Of a stretch of 64,000 bases of DNA, positions 61,970 through 64,000 are shown piece by piece. A model generated the notes under the pieces. That model saw nothing but the letters and a program-made list of their open reading frames with translations, was not told the origin of the DNA and searched no databases. A program made the position numbers and the translations under genes. Position 1 is the first letter of the stretch, and every line of letters starts with the position of its first letter. The stretch is from Epiperipatus broadwayi (taxonomy: Eukaryota; Animalia; Onychophora), in contig JAQFVV010000004.1 in the NCBI GenBank assembly GCA_028023455.1, positions 15,128,001 through 15,192,000 on the forward strand. Reading direction: 5' to 3'.

Positions 61970-63069
61970 TTTAGATATTATTTTTTCTCTTCATCTAATT
62001 TCTTATCCACTTCTTCTATTTCTTGTTCTCTGAGCACTTTTTTGAACATTTTATTTGTGTTTCTGATAAGAACAGCACAATATTCACCACATTCAGTACC
62101 AAGTTGTCCTCAGTTGCACTTACCATTTTTAACTATTTGCACCTGACTTTTATTATCTACCTTGCATTAAATTAGCTATTCAATTATTTCATTTTTGAAT
62201 TATCCACTTTCTATCTTTTATAGCATTTTAATACATGTCTGAAGCTTCGATTATCTTAATATTCCAAATTACTGATATTATACTTTTGGGTTTGTGTTTG
62301 CCTTCTTTTTATTTAATATTGCTTTATTCTTATTTCTCTAATATGTATATATCATCTCCAATATGTATATGTGTATCTATATATATATAATTAAAAACTA
62401 GTCGACATATATGTAATCCCAATATCAATAACAGTCAACAATTTTTAACTATTGTCAAGGCAATCTCCTAAACAATACTAAACAGTCGAAACAATATCAA
62501 AAATCTTGATCTGCTATGATTCAAGTTAACCTATATAGACATTAAACATTGCAATTTGATACCTCATTAAACAAGCAAATAGAAACTGCTCTGAAAGAAG
62601 ATTAACAATTAGTCAATTATGTATAACTTAAATAATAAAGCTAATAATGTTCAGGGTTAGATTTATTTATAAATAGTAAATAATACAAGAAAGCAGTCCA
62701 CACCTAAAAAAATATAAATAATATTAAGAATCTCAAACTGATGTCAAGGATTAAAGATGGATACCCATATGATCAAATATGATTATATATATATATATAT
62801 AGATACATACTGTGTTCAATTAAAATTTATTTCATATAGCTTTCAAAATTTTATCTGATAATTAAAAGTAACTTACTGGTTTTGCTCCAGAGGAATATAA
62901 TTGATTATAAAATATTAAGTTTCACATTGGTATCAAAAATGCATAACATTACAGTTGAAATAAATGTATGCAAAAAGGTGTCTTAATCAGATATATTAAT
63001 AAAGCTTGGGTGTGCACATACACACATATATGATTAAATAATGCTTAACACTATACTAGCAATTAAAAA

Positions 63070-64000
63070 TAAAATAAAAATTCATATAACACCATAATAC
63101 TAGCTAAAACAACAAAATTTTACTAAAATTCTTACACAATCATGGTTTTATCTATTAACAAATCGATCTTCTCAAGAGAAATTTAACTAAACATATTACA
63201 TATGTCCAAAATAAAATATTATTTTCATTATTCAAAACAACTTCTTTTCACATCAAAGGATGTCTTCATGAGATTCAAAAAAATTTATTATCAATGTTTC
63301 TTTTACTCTTCTTTTCAATTCTCTTTTTTTTCATAAAAGGTAACCTCTGCACTGTCGAATAATATTTTATGACATGTATTCAATTCAAGAATATACACTG
63401 AGGTTTTTATATCTATTTTTAATTCTACTTTTATGAACTTTAACTCTTTTGTTAAGATTTAATTTACTCTGGCCTATATAAATTTTATGACAATTACAAG
63501 GTATCTTATAAACTACCCCAAGGAATAGATTTGCAGTCATTTGCCTGTTTTGAACTATTTAGTAATGAATTTAAATTCTGGCCCTTTTTCCAGGCCACTT
63601 TCATACCACCCAATAAAAACTATTCTTATAAATCAATTTAATAATTGATGCCTTATGGGGTGAAGAAATAAACTCTATATTCACATTATCAATTAAATCT
63701 TTATTATTAACTGATTTATAAATATTTTTATTAAATATAGTATTCCTGATATGTTCATGATTATATCCTAACTCAGTATAGTCAGAATCAAATTGATTCT
63801 TCTGAATATAACTATTATTTTCAAAATTATTAAGTCTTCTTTTCCTATAACAAAAATTCAATAAAGAATGTTTCTTATGAGTAAAAGGTTGATAACTGTC
63901 TGACTTATCATATTTTTTAAATTTTTTGCTTTAATAAAATCACTACAAAATAAAACAATATCAATTTTATCAATACTTAAATCTAAAAATTTTATGTTAT
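63070..64000 (-). mobile_element. Penelope-like relic (RT C-terminus + GIY-YIG), continues beyond the window
   Basis: Minus strand LGYNHEHIRNTIF...FISSPHKASIIKLI, then GVVYKIPCNCHKIYIGQSKLNLNKRVKVHKSRI (63421-63519). Confidence 0.85.

Noticed and set aside
51532-64000. POGLUT exon 4 candidates (e.g. acceptor-like sites near 54270, 54838, 58580, 58880)
   Set aside because: None translates to the expected VY.K..G.HVGF-like sequence; exon 4 is presumably beyond the window.
1-64000. Remaining short ORFs in the supplied six-frame track
   Set aside because: They are low-complexity I/F/L/K/N/Y-rich frames typical of AT-rich non-coding DNA, or antisense frames of TE relics, with no splice or homology support.

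Overview
Very AT-rich, CpG-depleted animal genomic DNA. An invertebrate, plausibly an arachnid, is my inference from composition and repeat content. The window holds the first three coding exons of a POGLUT2/3 (KDELC-type) protein O-glucosyltransferase on + (9534-9715, 15158-15360, 51320-51531; intron 2 is 35,959 bp; exon 4 was not found in the window). An unidentified spliced gene lies head-to-head on - (donor at 9055, 80-nt exon 5245-5324), sharing a small CpG island at about 8960-9215. The introns are packed with mobile DNA: a Tigger/pogo element with one premature stop, a decayed mariner, a Merlin-like TIR element nested in a Penelope RT, several RTE/LINE relics, four Penelope (RT + GIY-YIG) relics and a short tRNA-derived SINE. 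The most notable unexplained structure is a set of short non-coding retro-insertions carrying type I hammerhead ribozyme (HHR) folds: families H1/H3 and H2, plus minimal HHR relics. Many of them are fold-back palindromes with a one-sided tail and 13-15 bp target-site duplications (TSDs). There is also a 1.45 kb insertion with a 16-bp TSD, made of a ~345-bp unit in tandem plus inverted copies, which looks retrozyme-like but in which I could not find a canonical ribozyme. All calls were read by eye; no database search or folding program was run.
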